Shown piece after piece: positions 42,363 through 42,550 of a stretch of DNA of 42,550 bases. Both the position numbers and the translations under genes were made by a program. Within the stretch, counting starts at the first letter, position 1. Each line of letters starts with the position of its first letter. Origin of the DNA: a virus. Below the pieces are notes generated by a model. The model was given only the letters and a program-made list of their open reading frames with translations. It was not told where the DNA came from and did no database searches. The stretch is taken from the IMG/VR virus record IMGVR_UViG_3300045988_119148, one strand, 5' to 3'.

Positions 42363-42550
42363 ATATGGGGAAAAAAGAGTTTTTAAGAAATGAGAGTGTA
42401 TACGTGAGAAGTAGCGTGGCCGGTAACCCGAATACATCCGCTGCCGTGTTGGCCGAATTGGCAAAGGATTCAGATTGGCTCGTGAGAAGTAGCGCGGCCG
42501 GTAACCCGAATACATCCGCTGCCGTGTTGGCCGAATTGGCAAAGGATTCA
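42359..42550 (+). CDS. LRV-repeat protein, N-terminal part (runs off the window end and continues at 2..316)
   Basis: Absent from the ORF track. ATG at 42359 overlaps the upstream stop (ATGA). MNMGKKEFLRNESVYVRSSVAGNPNTSAAVLAELAKDSDWLVRSSAAGNPNTSAAVLAELAKDS, with no stop before the window end. Confidence 0.7.
   Translation, partial: MNMGKKEFLRNESVYVRSSVAGNPNTSAAVLAELAKDSDWLVRSSAAGNPNTSAAVLAELAKDS
42403..42550 (+). repeat. Tandem 72-bp coding repeat (LRV units), continuing into 1..~70
   Basis: 42403-42474 and 42475-42546 are near-identical. A third, diverged unit starts at about position 38 of the window. Confidence 0.85.

Noticed and set aside
42348-42542. Minus-strand 64-aa ORF at the window end.
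   Set aside because: It is antisense to the LRV repeat units. Its own sequence is the repeat read backwards (PIRPTRQRMYSGYRPRYFSR x2). The + strand frame continues across the circular junction.
1-42550. Genome-wide stop-codon reassignment (TAG or TGA recoding, as in some gut Bacteroidota phages).
   Set aside because: All large structural, lysis and replication genes are intact under the standard code. Only one in-frame TAG (39362) was found, in a gene that is also frameshifted. No tRNA-like sequence was seen in any intergenic gap.
1-42550. Lysogeny module (integrase, excisionase, CI-type repressor, att site).
   Set aside because: No tyrosine or serine recombinase motifs appear in any ORF and there is no minus-strand gene. 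The only HTH regulator is a 75-aa Cro-like protein. I cannot rule out an unconventional lifestyle from the sequence alone.

Overview
The window is a complete, circularly closed genome of about 42.5 kb from a tailed dsDNA phage. Bases 1-28 are identical to 42523-42550, and one gene (an LRV-repeat protein) runs across that join. Every convincing gene is on the + strand. The layout is siphovirus-like. Several intergenic regions carry TTTG-N19-20-TAnnTTTG promoter motifs, the Bacteroidota primary-sigma consensus, and most starts lack a Shine-Dalgarno sequence, so I infer a Bacteroidota host.

Gene order, starting after the late-operon terminators:
- Control region (36260-37716): a free-standing HNH homing endonuclease, then about 770 bp without genes holding several promoters, terminators and candidate small RNAs.
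- Early genes: zinc-ribbon protein, XRE/Cro-like HTH, DPPY-type N6/N4 DNA methyltransferase, a broken DUF551 gene, an AT-rich accessory gene pair, a PD-(D/E)XK exonuclease and the LRV protein.
- Replication and recombination: initiator gene with an internal iteron array, RuvC-like resolvase, SMC/Rad50-like ATPase, frameshifted DnaQ-like exonuclease, C5 DNA methyltransferase, SSB, ASCH and MazG proteins.
- Packaging: candidate small terminase, and a large terminase interrupted by a LAGLIDADG intein in the P-loop.
- Head, tail and lysis: portal, scaffold, capsid, tape measure, tail tip proteins and a fiber with 17 SHAEG repeats, then holin and amidase.

I found no integrase, tRNA, CRISPR array or reverse transcriptase.

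The most unusual material:
- the non-coding control region, which has a candidate sense leader RNA, a convergent antisense sRNA, and a 48-nt copy of the translation-initiation region of a gene 2.2 kb away
- a promoter cassette repeated three times, two copies with an 18-bp palindrome at the predicted transcription start
- the iteron origin
- the class-3-like intein
- two genes broken by one extra base in a homopolymer run

Product calls rest on motifs I can read in the translations. No database search was possible.
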